From the NCBI GenBank assembly GCA_965223415.1, contig OZ245002.1, forward strand, positions 832,001 to 896,000: DNA of 64,000 nucleotides, written 5' to 3'. Numbering within the stretch: the first letter of the stretch is position 1; each line of letters opens with the position of its first letter. The notes beneath the pieces were generated by a model, which was not told where the DNA came from, searched no databases, and worked only from the letters and a program-made list of their open reading frames with translations. Source of the DNA: Myxococcota bacterium. Lineage in GTDB: Bacteria; Myxococcota_A; UBA9160; UBA6930. Below, piece by piece: positions 38,351 through 49,804 of the stretch. A program made the position numbers and the translations under genes.

Positions 38351-40065
38351 GCGACGTCGCTCCCCTCGCCCATCCCGAGTGGCTGGTGCCCCTCGCGTCC
38401 CTCGTCGCGGGCTGCGCGCTCGCCATGCTCTTCGCCTTCCGCCGCGGCGAGCGCGCGCTGCGCGGGCTGATCGGCGTGGCCCCGGGCTCCCTCGATCGCG
38501 GGCTGCGCGACGGCCTGCTGCTGCTCGCCCTCGCCGCCGTGGCGGTCGGACTGGTGGGTCCGCGCATCGGCACGGAGAAGCTCCGGGTGCCGGCCACCGG
38601 CCTCGACCTGGTCGTGCTCCTCGACCTCTCCCGCAGCATGACCGCCGCCGACGTGCCGCCGAGCCGCATGGCCCGGGCGCGGCGCATCGCGGCTGGCGTG
38701 CTCGAACGCCTCGGGGAGGGCGATCGCGCTGCGCTGGCCGTGTTCGCCGGCCAGGCCGCACTGGTCACGCCGATCACGCCGGACAAGGCGGCCCTCACCG
38801 AGATGCTCCCGGCCCTCGATCCGACGCTCCTGGCCGACGTCGGCTCCGACGGCGCGGCGGGCCTGCAGGCCGCCCTGCCCGCCTTCGAGGGCTCGGGACC
38901 GCGGCCGCGGCTGCTCCTGCTGCTGAGCGACGGCGAGGTCGGCCGCGTGCCGGCGAGCGTGCTGGAGGACCTGAAGCGCGCCGACACCCGGGTGGTGACG
39001 GTGCTGCTCGGCACCGAGCCCGGCGGGCCGATCCCGGATCGGGGACGCCTGCTCCTGGACGCGGACGGCCGGACCGTCCGCAGTCGACGGGTGCTCGCGG
39101 ATCTGGCGCCGGTGGTCGAGGCGACCGGTGGCCGCAGCTTCCTCGCCGACGCATGGGGCGAGGTCGACCTGCGCGGACTCGTCGCGGAGATCCGACGCGA
39201 CGCAATTCCCACCGCCGAAGGCATGCTGCTCCGCCGGGTGCCGGTCACCTGGGTCGCGCTCCCCGCCGGTGCGGCCCTCCTGCTGCTGCTCCTGGAGGCG
39301 TGGCCCCGCGCCTTCGGGCGCCGCCGCCGCCCGACACCGAGCCCGCCGCCGGCGATCCCGGGCACCCGCACGGCCCTCGTGACTCGCGTCCTGCCCTGGC
39401 TGCTGCTCGGCGTGCTGGTGCCGCGCGCCGCCGAGCCCCAGGCCGACCCGCGTCCCCTCCTCGAGGCGCGGCTGCGGGCCGACGGACCCGACGGGCGACT
39501 GCTCGTGGCCCTGGGCGTGGCCCGTGCCGAGGCCGGAGAGCAGGCGGAAGCTCGACAGGCTTTCCGCGCCGCCGCCCTCGGCGCCTCCGACCCACGCGTC
39601 TCGGCCCTCGCCTGGTACGACCTGGGCGTGCTGGCCCTGGAGGGCGGCCGCCTGGCCGAAGCCCGCGACGCGTTCTTCGAATCGCTCGCCCTCGAGCCCG
39701 GGAGCCGCAAGGCGAAGTTCAACCTCGAGTGGACCCTCGCGGCCCTGCGCAGCGAGGAGCGGGAGCCGCCGGAGGCGCCGCCCCGGCCGGACCCGTCCGC
39801 CCAGGAAGAGGCGCCTCAGCCGGACGAAGATGCCCCGGCAACCGAGCCGGAGCAGCAGCGAGCCGAAGAGCGCGCGGAGCCCACACCGGACGAGCCCCCG
39901 GCAGAGGGCCAGGAGGCCCGCAGCGGGCGCTCCGAGCCGCCCCCGCCCCTCGACCGGGAGGCGGCGGAGCGCTGGCTCGACGGCCTGGAGGACGACGTGC
40001 GCGCCGCCCTCGAGGCCCAGCTCGAGGAGCTGGGCGGACCCTGGCGCGGCGGGCCGCGCTGGTGA
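38347..40065 (+). CDS. BatB/BatC-like VWA + TPR protein
   Basis: DLSRSM.A.DV.PSR, LLSDGE, TPR (WYDLG...AKFNLE), acidic/Pro linker. Confidence 0.8.
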   Translation: MSDVAPLAHPEWLVPLASLVAGCALAMLFAFRRGERALRGLIGVAPGSLDRGLRDGLLLLALAAVAVGLVGPRIGTEKLRVPATGLDLVVLLDLSRSMTAADVPPSRMARARRIAAGVLERLGEGDRAALAVFAGQAALVTPITPDKAALTEMLPALDPTLLADVGSDGAAGLQAALPAFEGSGPRPRLLLLLSDGEVGRVPASVLEDLKRADTRVVTVLLGTEPGGPIPDRGRLLLDADGRTVRSRRVLADLAPVVEATGGRSFLADAWGEVDLRGLVAEIRRDAIPTAEGMLLRRVPVTWVALPAGAALLLLLLEAWPRAFGRRRRPTPSPPPAIPGTRTALVTRVLPWLLLGVLVPRAAEPQADPRPLLEARLRADGPDGRLLVALGVARAEAGEQAEARQAFRAAALGASDPRVSALAWYDLGVLALEGGRLAEARDAFFESLALEPGSRKAKFNLEWTLAALRSEEREPPEAPPRPDPSAQEEAPQPDEDAPATEPEQQRAEERAEPTPDEPPAEGQEARSGRSEPPPPLDREAAERWLDGLEDDVRAALEAQLEELGGPWRGGPRW

Positions 40066-41315
40066 GAGGCGCCCGCGCGGCGATCGCCGTGCTGTCCGTG
40101 CTGGCGCCCCTGGCTCCGCAGCCCGCCGAAGCGGAGGCGCCCGCGCCCTGCGCCGTGACCGTGCGCCTCGAGCCCGAAGAGGCCTTCGTCGGCCAGCAGG
40201 TGCTCTACGCCCTGCGCATCGAGCAGCGCCGGGACGTGGCGCGGGTGCGCTTCCAGCCGGCGCTCTCCTTTCCCTCCATGCGCAGCGAGTGGCTCCCGAC
40301 GGTGAACCTGCCCGACCCGGGCGAGGGCACGCGCGCCTACGAAGAACGCCGCGCGCTGCACCCGGCCCACGCCGGCACACTCCCCCTCCCGGAAGTCGCC
40401 CTCGTCTGCGACACGCCGGAAGGGACCCGGCTCGTCCGCGTCCCGTCGGCTTCCCTGCCCGTGCACGACGTGCCGGAGACCGCGCTGCCCGAGGCGTGGC
40501 GGGGAGACTGGAAGGGCGTGATCGGCCCCGTCGAGCTCGGCTGGACGCTGACGCCGGGACGCATCGCCCTGGGAGAGACGGCGCGGCTCAGCGTGCGCAT
40601 CGCGGGCCCGGGAAACGTCTGGCGGGTCGACCCGGGCTTGGAGCGGGTGCTGGCGCCAGCCGACGCGGACGTGTTCCCCCTGGCCCCCGAGACCCTGCGC
40701 GATTCCGGCCGCAGTCTCACCCTGCGCCACTATCGGAGCTACGACCTCGTGCCGCGCCGGAGCGTGGAGCTCCTCGTCCCGGGCCTGCGGGTGGTCGCCT
40801 TCGAGCCGCTGGCACGGGAGTTCCGGGAGTACACGTTGCCGGACCTGCGGCTCGAGGTGAACCCGCGACCGGCCATGGAGCCGCCGGAACCGGCCCCGCC
40901 GAGGCGGCGCCAGGCAGCGGTGCGGGAGCCGAGCGACGCGGGCGGTCCGGGCTGGGCGGCGCTCCTGGCGCTCCTCGGCGCCGCCCTCGTGGTCCTCCTG
41001 GGATGGCGGCTGCGCGGCCGGCCGGCCGATCCGCGTCGCCAGGCGGGGCCGATGCTGGCGGAAGGCCGGGCGGCCCTCCGCGACGGAGACCTCCCGGGCG
41101 CGGCCAAGGCCCTGGCCCGTTGCCTGGCCGAGCTGCGTGGCGCCCACCCGGAGGACCCGTTCGATGTCGACGGCGCGACGGACGGGCGCGAGCGAGCCCT
41201 GGCGCTCCTGGACGAGCGCGTCGAGCGCGCGCGCTTCGCGGGCGAGCCGGACGCGGCGGAGCTTCGCGCCGTCGCCGGCGAGCTCGAGACGTTGCTCGGC
41301 GACCGACGGCGCTAG
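40062..41315 (+). CDS. BatD-like protein
   Basis: GTGA overlap; signal peptide, FVGQQVLY, GETARL.VRIAG.GN, C-terminal TM. Confidence 0.7.
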   Translation: MRGARAAIAVLSVLAPLAPQPAEAEAPAPCAVTVRLEPEEAFVGQQVLYALRIEQRRDVARVRFQPALSFPSMRSEWLPTVNLPDPGEGTRAYEERRALHPAHAGTLPLPEVALVCDTPEGTRLVRVPSASLPVHDVPETALPEAWRGDWKGVIGPVELGWTLTPGRIALGETARLSVRIAGPGNVWRVDPGLERVLAPADADVFPLAPETLRDSGRSLTLRHYRSYDLVPRRSVELLVPGLRVVAFEPLAREFREYTLPDLRLEVNPRPAMEPPEPAPPRRRQAAVREPSDAGGPGWAALLALLGAALVVLLGWRLRGRPADPRRQAGPMLAEGRAALRDGDLPGAAKALARCLAELRGAHPEDPFDVDGATDGRERALALLDERVERARFAGEPDAAELRAVAGELETLLGDRRR

Positions 41316-41360
41316 GGAGATTGCTACGATCCGCCTCCCCGTAAGCCCCAGGAGGCCCCG

Positions 41361-42971
<1,611 letters not shown>

Positions 42972-44207
42972 TCACGCAGCGAGGTCTTCGGCGAGGCCGT
43001 GGACCCACTCGTAGGCGGCGAGCTCCGCCGCCTGGAACCTCGCGGCGGGGATGGCGAGTTCGGCCAGGCCCGTGTCGACGCGCTCGAAGGCACCCCGCTC
43101 GAAGTCCTCGGCCAGCGTGAGGAGCCGGCCGAGCAGGCCCTCGTGACGGAGCAGCGCGCCCTCGGCCTCCGCGTCCAGGTGGAGCTCGCCGATCAGCTCG
43201 GCCTTCGGACGCCCGAGGAGCGCGTCGATGGAGGCGAGGATGCCCACCAGGAAGGCGCGCTCGCGCCACGCCGTATCCACGTCCAGGTGGCGCGCGGCGA
43301 GCTCGAGCAGGCGGCCCCGCTTCGCCGCGGTGATGAGCAGCGGATCGGCCAGACCGCCGGGGCGGTCGTGGGCGAAGAGCAGGACGGCGAGCCAGCGCCG
43401 GAGCTGCCGGCGGCCGAGGAAGACGAGGGCGTCCTCGACGCGGGCCACCCGCTGGGCTCGCGCCACGGCGGACGAGTTCGCGATGCGCAGCAGGCCGACG
43501 CTCAGGCTCGGGTGGGGTTTCAGCGCCTCCACCACCCGCGAGGTGTCCTCGTCGCGTTGCAGCCGGCCCAGGAGCTCGAGCAGCGCCGCCTGGGAGGGCT
43601 CCATGCTGCGCCCGCTCAGGATCTCCGGGTGGGCGAAGTAGAAGCCCTGGAAGTAGTCGAAGCCGAGGCGATGGCAGTGGGCGTGCTCTTCCCGGGTCGA
43701 GACCTTCTCGGCCAGGAGCCGCGGCCCGCTGCCGCGGAGCTGGCGAACCAGACGCTTCAGCTGCTTGGGATCGGTCTCGAGCAGGTCGACCTTCACCCAG
43801 TCCGCCAGGGGGAGCATCTCCTCCCTCGAATCGCCGGGCACGTAGTCGTCGAGGGCGAGGGAGAAGCCGCGGGCGCGGAGCGCCTCGCAGGCGCCGATCA
43901 CCTCGTCGTCCGGCTCGATGTCTTCGAGGATCTCGATGACGACCCGGTCGGGGGGCAGCGCGGACAAGGCGCCGGACGCGAGCACCGGGCGAGTGACGTT
44001 CAGGAAGCCCAGGGTGCTGCCGAGCACCAGCTCCGGGCCCAGGTGCACGAAGGCGTCGACCACGACGCTGGCGGCGGCCCGGTCCTGGTCGTCGAAGTCC
44101 GCGAGCTGGCTCTCGGCGGACGCGCGGAACAGCAGCTCGTAGCCGATGACCCGCTCGCGGCGGTCGGTGATCGGCTGGCGGCCGAGGAAGACGTTGGGCG
44201 CGGTCAT
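42972..44207 (-). CDS. EAL + HDOD domain c-di-GMP signalling protein
   Basis: RQPI, YELLFR, ALDDY, VKVD, LAEKV, FQGFYF, LLRIANS. Confidence 0.9.
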   Translation of the reverse strand: MTAPNVFLGRQPITDRRERVIGYELLFRASAESQLADFDDQDRAAASVVVDAFVHLGPELVLGSTLGFLNVTRPVLASGALSALPPDRVVIEILEDIEPDDEVIGACEALRARGFSLALDDYVPGDSREEMLPLADWVKVDLLETDPKQLKRLVRQLRGSGPRLLAEKVSTREEHAHCHRLGFDYFQGFYFAHPEILSGRSMEPSQAALLELLGRLQRDEDTSRVVEALKPHPSLSVGLLRIANSSAVARAQRVARVEDALVFLGRRQLRRWLAVLLFAHDRPGGLADPLLITAAKRGRLLELAARHLDVDTAWRERAFLVGILASIDALLGRPKAELIGELHLDAEAEGALLRHEGLLGRLLTLAEDFERGAFERVDTGLAELAIPAARFQAAELAAYEWVHGLAEDLAA

Positions 44208-44271
44208 GCCCGCCGTATCGACCGGCGGGAGGCGCCAGGGGATCGGGCGGACGCCGGAGCGGGCCCGGGGG

Positions 44272-46437
44272 TTACCCGGACTCGCCGGGCCGGTAGTCCC
44301 GGGTCGCGGTCGGCAGCAAGGCCTCGAGGGTCCAGGGAACCCTCTTGGTCTTCTCGTCCAGGAAGAGGGGGACCTGGTCCGCGAAGTGGGGGGACGAGGG
44401 GTCGAGGGTGGCGCTGCCGAACTGGTGGACCGTGTCGACACGATGCCGGCCGGCCGCATCCCACTCGACGAACATCACGAGCGTATCGCCGGAGTTCACG
44501 GTGTAGGTGCCGTCGGGGTCGAGCACGAAGGCCTCCAGGGCGCGGAGCACGTCGGGGCCGCCGTCGGCGGGAAGATCGAGGGCGCCGCGGCGGAAGCGGT
44601 TCACCTCGCCCCAGGTGGGATCGAGGCGGCCGTGGTGGCGCTCCAGGCTCCGGGTGGCGTCGCGGAAGGACTCGAGGGGGTCGACCGGCGGCTGCTCGCG
44701 CAGCTGGGCCACGATCACCGGCGTGGCCGTGAGGATGGCGATGGGCGCGGTGCGGCTCGCGGCCCGCGCGGTGAAGTCCCAGGCGGCGAGCAGCTCCCGC
44801 GCCCGGGCGAGCTGGGGATCGTCACCCAGGTCGGCCTCCAGGACGGTGGCGACGATCTCCCGGACCGCGCTGTCCTCGGAGTACGACTTGTCGTACTTGT
44901 AGGCTCGGAACTCCGCGGGCGTGATCGACGTGTCGCCGCCGTAGAGCTCGAGGGCGCGCAGGGCCCGGTTGGTCACGCGGCGCTCGATGCCGTGGGTCTC
45001 GGGGAAGTCCGCGCGGCGCGGGCCCTCGCCGTCGACCGTCGCGCGGAAAGGCGTGTGATTGGCGTTGGCGACGACCTGGGAGGCGGGGTTCAGGAGCTGC
45101 GGCACCTCGCCCAGGCCGTGGAACTCCTCCCAGATCAGGTCCGAGCGATCTCCGGGCAGGTAGCCCTTCCAGTCCCAGCCTTCGGGCCGGCGCGGGAAGC
45201 GAGCGTTGTAGAGGTAGCCGACGTTCCCTTCGCGGTCGGCGTAGACGAAGTTGATCGAGGGCAGCGCCTGCATCTCCATGGCCGCGCGCCACTCGCCGAG
45301 ATCGCGGGCCTTGTTCATGCGCAGGTATTGGTCGAGCCCGCGGAGCTCGCCCATGCCGACGAAGCGCACGGCGTAGGTGCCGTGGGGGCGGCGCAGGGCC
45401 GGGCCGTGGGCGCTCTTCAGGAGCTCCCGGGTGGCCGTCCAGCGCAGGCGGCCGAGCAGCTTGATGGCGAAGGACGCCTCGCCGCGCTCGAAGCTCCGCC
45501 ACTCGCCGTCCAGGCGGTAGCGGCTCGGGTCGTCGGGATCGACGTCGAGCACGTAGACGTCCGCCAGGTCCGGCTGGTTGACGGTGCTCGCCCAGCCCAG
45601 GTGCCGATTGGTGCCGTGCAGCATCACCGGCGAGCCCGGGAAAACGCCACCGGCGACGTCCCAGCCCTCCTGGCTGTGCAGGCGCACCTCGTACCAGGCC
45701 ACGGGGCCGGTGTACGGCTGGTGGGAGTTGACGAGCAGGCGGGTCGCGCCGTCGGCGGAGCGGCCGGGGCCGACGGCGACCGCGTTGGAGCCGAGGATGG
45801 GCTGGGGAACGTCGGTGAGGTGAAAGGCGCGCTCGGTGGGGGAGAGGGCGAGCTCCCGCTGGGCCTCGTCCTCGAAGAGCTCGAGCATCGTGCTCTGGAA
45901 GCCGTAGAAGAGCGGCGTCTTCAGGGTGAAGCCCGCCACGATGTCGCGGCCGGTCGCGGGGATGGCCCCGGGCAGCACCTCCTCCGGGTGAAGTGCCGCG
46001 TAGTGGTTCAGGCCGGCGGCGTAGGCTTCGGCGATGGCGCGGGCTTCCTGCGACACCTCGCTCTCGTAGCCCCGTTCCACCGCGTCCCACACGCCCATCC
46101 ACTGGGCCATGAAGTCGAGCGGCGCCGCGTCGGGCCCGTCGACGGCGGCGAGTCGGCCGCGGGTCGCAAGGGTGACCTTCTGGATGGTGAGGAAGTCGTC
46201 CTCGGCGTGGGCGAAGGCCAGCCCGTAGGCCACGTCCACGTCGCGCCGGCCGTAGATGTGGGGCACGCCGTAGCCGTCGCGGACGATCCGCACATCGTAG
46301 GCGGAGGCAGCGGCCCGCCAGGCCTGCGGATCGAGATCGAGATCCTCGGGCATGACCGCCCAGAACGCGACGGCCCCGAGGCCCGCGAACAGGACAAGGA
46401 AGAACGCTGCGATCACACGCTTCAAGGGGCGAAACAA
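44272..46437 (-). CDS. Penicillin acylase family Ntn-hydrolase
   Basis: IVRDGYGVPHIY, GSNAVAV nucleophile, NSHQP, NFVYAD; N-terminal TM. Confidence 0.9.
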   Translation of the reverse strand: MFRPLKRVIAAFFLVLFAGLGAVAFWAVMPEDLDLDPQAWRAAASAYDVRIVRDGYGVPHIYGRRDVDVAYGLAFAHAEDDFLTIQKVTLATRGRLAAVDGPDAAPLDFMAQWMGVWDAVERGYESEVSQEARAIAEAYAAGLNHYAALHPEEVLPGAIPATGRDIVAGFTLKTPLFYGFQSTMLELFEDEAQRELALSPTERAFHLTDVPQPILGSNAVAVGPGRSADGATRLLVNSHQPYTGPVAWYEVRLHSQEGWDVAGGVFPGSPVMLHGTNRHLGWASTVNQPDLADVYVLDVDPDDPSRYRLDGEWRSFERGEASFAIKLLGRLRWTATRELLKSAHGPALRRPHGTYAVRFVGMGELRGLDQYLRMNKARDLGEWRAAMEMQALPSINFVYADREGNVGYLYNARFPRRPEGWDWKGYLPGDRSDLIWEEFHGLGEVPQLLNPASQVVANANHTPFRATVDGEGPRRADFPETHGIERRVTNRALRALELYGGDTSITPAEFRAYKYDKSYSEDSAVREIVATVLEADLGDDPQLARARELLAAWDFTARAASRTAPIAILTATPVIVAQLREQPPVDPLESFRDATRSLERHHGRLDPTWGEVNRFRRGALDLPADGGPDVLRALEAFVLDPDGTYTVNSGDTLVMFVEWDAAGRHRVDTVHQFGSATLDPSSPHFADQVPLFLDEKTKRVPWTLEALLPTATRDYRPGESG

Positions 46438-46463
46438 CTTAACAAATGGAACCGGCCCCTAAC

Positions 46464-47231
46464 TTAACGACCGTGGAGGGGGCCGGCGGGGAGGGTGCCT
46501 TCGACGTCGGTGAAGTGGTAGGTGTCGGCGAGGTCGCGGGAGGGGATGGCGCGGCCGCTCCAGCGCTGGACGTCCGGGTCGGCGGCGAGGGCGGCAACGG
46601 CGCGGCCGGTGAAGCGCTGGGATTCGGCGCCGGAGAAGTCGAGGGTCGGAAGCACCTCGGCGGCGCCGCGGGTGCGCTCGGTGAGGACGAGGCCGGGCCA
46701 CAGGGAGACGACGGCCACGCCGTGGTCGCGCAGCTCGTGGGCGGCATCGGCGGTGAGGCGATCGAGGGCGCACTTCCCGACGCCGTAGACCACGTGCCAG
46801 GCGTATTCCTGGGCGCCGGAGGAGCTCACGTTGGCGATCAGGCCGCGACCCTCCTTCACCATCAGCGGCGCCGCGTACCAGCTCGCCACGTAGGCCGAGC
46901 GCGTGCCCACGTCGATCATGTCGTCCCAGTTGGAGATCGGCACCTCCCAGAAGGGCCTGCGCGAGGTGAGCTCCTTGGGGATCAGGAAGGCGTTGTTGAC
47001 GAGCACGTCCAGCCGGCCCTGCTCGTCCATCACGCGGCTGAAGAGCGCCTCGACCTCGTCATCCCGGCGGTGATCGCAGCGCACGGCGATGCCGCCGCCC
47101 TCCACCGCGTCGATGCTGCGCCCGGTGCCGTAGACCGTCGCCCCGGCGAGGGCCAACTCGTGGGCCACGCCCTTGCCGATGCCGTAGCTCGCGCCGGTGA
47201 CGATCGCGACCCGGCCGTCGAGAGCGCCCAT
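46464..47231 (-). CDS. Short-chain dehydrogenase/reductase
   Basis: TGASYGIG, LVNNA, YGVGK, SLWPG; ATG 47231. Confidence 0.9.
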   Translation of the reverse strand: MGALDGRVAIVTGASYGIGKGVAHELALAGATVYGTGRSIDAVEGGGIAVRCDHRRDDEVEALFSRVMDEQGRLDVLVNNAFLIPKELTSRRPFWEVPISNWDDMIDVGTRSAYVASWYAAPLMVKEGRGLIANVSSSGAQEYAWHVVYGVGKCALDRLTADAAHELRDHGVAVVSLWPGLVLTERTRGAAEVLPTLDFSGAESQRFTGRAVAALAADPDVQRWSGRAIPSRDLADTYHFTDVEGTLPAGPLHGR

Positions 47232-48721
47232 CAATCGCCGGCCGCGACCCGCGCGGCCTCCGCCTCGACCCGGGTGCCGGCGAAGAAGTCCGGGTTGAGC
47301 CGCGTGTAGAAGCGCACCGGGTTCGCGAAGACGAAGTCCCGGAAATCGTCGGTATCGATCTGCTCGTGTTCGACCAGTTCCCAGGCCTCTTCCAGGATCT
47401 CCGTCATGTCCGGCACGTCCCAGTGTCCCATGTCGCTCGAGAACATGGCGCGGAGCTTCGCCCCCATCGGGTTCGCCCGGTCGTTGAACGCCCACGCCAC
47501 CGTGGGGTCGTCCGCCTCGCAGCCGAAGAAGAAGTGGGGGACGAAGCGCTCCCGCACGTCCTCCTTCGTGTCGACCCCACAGGCCTCCCACTCGTCGAGG
47601 AAGGGCGGCTCGGGCTCGAGTTTCTGGAAGCTCTCCACCAGCCCGGGCACACCGGCGTGGAAGTGCTCGTCGGCGTACACGTCGAAGAGCCGGGCGAGCT
47701 CCGCCGGATCGATGCGTTTCGGATCCAGGTGATGGATCGCCTCGCGGTTGCGCTTCTCCCAGTGGGAGACGATGTCGGCGTAGAGGATGCAGGCCCAGCC
47801 GACGCCCCCTTCCAGGAGGCCGAAGGCCAGCTCCGGGAAGCGGTGGGTCACGCCGCCCATGAAGAGCGCCCGGCACAGCGCCTCCGCGCTCGCCGCGAAG
47901 GAGCCCAGATGGTTGGCCATGTAGCTCGACACCGAGCGCCGGCTGCCCCAGCCCATCCCGGGCGTGTGCGAGGCCGGCGCCACCTTGAGCTCGACGCAGC
48001 GCCGCCAGAAGGGATCGTAGTCGTGGGCCGAGTCGAGCCCGAGGGCGTCGATCCGCTCGCCGGAGCCCGAGCCCCAGTTGGGCTTGGTCGGGTCGATCTC
48101 CGCTGTGCCGGCGCCGATCGGCCGGTGCACGAGCCCGTTGATCATGATCGCCTTCATGCCGAGCTCGCCCACGGCGTGCTCCAGCTCCGCGATCGCCTCC
48201 TCCGGCGTGTGCATCGGGATCTGGGCGGCCGGCGTCATGCGATCCGCGTAGGGCGCGTAGACCTCGGCGTTGAAGGCGTTGAGCGCGCGGCACGCCACCT
48301 GCCGCACCTCGTCGTCCTTGATCGCCGTCGTGGTGAGCGTACGGCTGCCGTAGAGCACCGCGAAGTCGATGCCGAAATCGTCGAGGCGCTGGTGCAGGAG
48401 CCGGGGAAGGTGCGCCGTCGCCCGGTCCAGCGTGTTCGCCGCCGGTAGCGACCACCAGGAGGGACGGGTCGCCCAGATCTCCCGCCGCTCGTCCCAGGAG
48501 AGCTGGCTCCAGGGCCGCAGCACCATGTCGTCGAAGTCCATCCCGCCGACCTCGCGGAAGCGCTTCACCATGTCGCCGCCGGCGACGTCCCGGACGAAGT
48601 CCTCGAAGAAGGGCATGAACACCGGAGGCGTCTCGATGATGTGGCCGTCCGCGTCGATGACGGGATGGCCGAGCTCCCGGCGGATGCGTCCCGCCTCGGT
48701 GGCGCCGCTGCCGATCGTCAC
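47231..48721 (-). CDS. Amidohydrolase-2 family protein
   Basis: HPVIDADGH, YDPFW, FPEL.FGLLEGG.GW, FSSDMGHWD; GTGA overlap. Confidence 0.88.
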   Translation of the reverse strand: MTIGSGATEAGRIRRELGHPVIDADGHIIETPPVFMPFFEDFVRDVAGGDMVKRFREVGGMDFDDMVLRPWSQLSWDERREIWATRPSWWSLPAANTLDRATAHLPRLLHQRLDDFGIDFAVLYGSRTLTTTAIKDDEVRQVACRALNAFNAEVYAPYADRMTPAAQIPMHTPEEAIAELEHAVGELGMKAIMINGLVHRPIGAGTAEIDPTKPNWGSGSGERIDALGLDSAHDYDPFWRRCVELKVAPASHTPGMGWGSRRSVSSYMANHLGSFAASAEALCRALFMGGVTHRFPELAFGLLEGGVGWACILYADIVSHWEKRNREAIHHLDPKRIDPAELARLFDVYADEHFHAGVPGLVESFQKLEPEPPFLDEWEACGVDTKEDVRERFVPHFFFGCEADDPTVAWAFNDRANPMGAKLRAMFSSDMGHWDVPDMTEILEEAWELVEHEQIDTDDFRDFVFANPVRFYTRLNPDFFAGTRVEAEAARVAAGD

Positions 48722-49239
48722 TCCGCCCCCTCCTCCTTCGCGGCCCGCACCCGGAAGGCCAGCGCCTCGACCTCCGGCATCACCGCCTCGAGCCGCGCCG
48801 GGTCGATCGTCTCCGCCACGTCCGCCGCCCCGGCCCGCGCCAGCATCTGGGGCAGCCGCGTGCGGATGCGCTCCAACGCCCAGGCGAGGGGATCGCCGTC
48901 CGCCACCGGATCGAGGTGGATCATGTCGTTCGTCCGGTCCCGCCACGAGACGTAGTGGTAGTGGGGGTCCTCGACGAAGCAGTCGAAGCGCAGGAACTCC
49001 CGCCGCTCGCCGTCCTGGGTGGCGAAGACGTGCAGCGCGACCCCCCGATCGTCGAGCCCGGTCACCTGGCCCCGCTCGTCTCCGCTGGCCGCCTCGAGCC
49101 GGGCGTCCGCCGCAGCCGCAATCGCGTCGTTCAGCAGGCGGTACTCGACGCCGATCTCGACGCCGCCGGCCTCGAAGTAGGAGGTATGGGCCTCGACGGG
49201 CGGGATGGGCATGACGCTGTAGCGCGTGACGTGGGGCAT
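48718..49239 (-). CDS. Hypothetical protein (173 aa)
   Basis: Coding-like codon use; LRFDCF.EDPHYHY motif; coupled to the amidohydrolase. Confidence 0.75.
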   Translation of the reverse strand: MPHVTRYSVMPIPPVEAHTSYFEAGGVEIGVEYRLLNDAIAAAADARLEAASGDERGQVTGLDDRGVALHVFATQDGERREFLRFDCFVEDPHYHYVSWRDRTNDMIHLDPVADGDPLAWALERIRTRLPQMLARAGAADVAETIDPARLEAVMPEVEALAFRVRAAKEEGAE

Positions 49240-49343
49240 GGTGCTCCGGGCGGTGGAGGATAGCCCGTTGTGCCGACGGCGGACGCTCGGACGGCTCGCC
49301 GGCTGGCGATGGTGGGGCTCTCATGGCGGGGTCGCGCGCCGGC

Positions 49344-49784
49344 CTAGCCCTTCTGGGTCGGACCGACCACGCGGCCGTGCAGCAGCGAGTGGTACCGCCA
49401 GCGGCCCGGCATGTGGGAGCTGACGCTGCCGATCACCAGGGCGAGGGTCAGCAGGACGAGCCGCAGTTCCCAGGCCACGCCCACACCGGCCACCAGGACG
49501 AGCTTCACGAAGGTCGCGGCCCCTCGCAGCTGGACCAGCCAGATGCGGGCCTGCCACACCTCGAAGATCACCAGGGCGCCGCCGGTGGCGAGGACGGCGG
49601 CCAGGGCGGGCAGCAGGCGATCGGCCTCCACGCCGTACACGTGGCCGCCGTAGAGCGCGCCTACCGCGACCAGGTGCAGAGTGCGGAGGCTGGTGCGCGT
49701 CCAGCGAGCACCGGGAAGGGCGCGTCCGGGCACCTCGATCCAGCGCTCCGCGCGAGCGCGCCATCCGCGGGCTTCCGGCTCCAC
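49344..49784 (-). CDS. Hypothetical membrane protein (about 4 TMs)
   Basis: LRTLHL...GGH, SHMP..WRY; hydrophobic segments. Confidence 0.7.
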   Translation of the reverse strand: MEPEARGWRARAERWIEVPGRALPGARWTRTSLRTLHLVAVGALYGGHVYGVEADRLLPALAAVLATGGALVIFEVWQARIWLVQLRGAATFVKLVLVAGVGVAWELRLVLLTLALVIGSVSSHMPGRWRYHSLLHGRVVGPTQKG

Positions 49785-49804
49785 GGGTGGGAGTGTAGGC
49801 CTCC

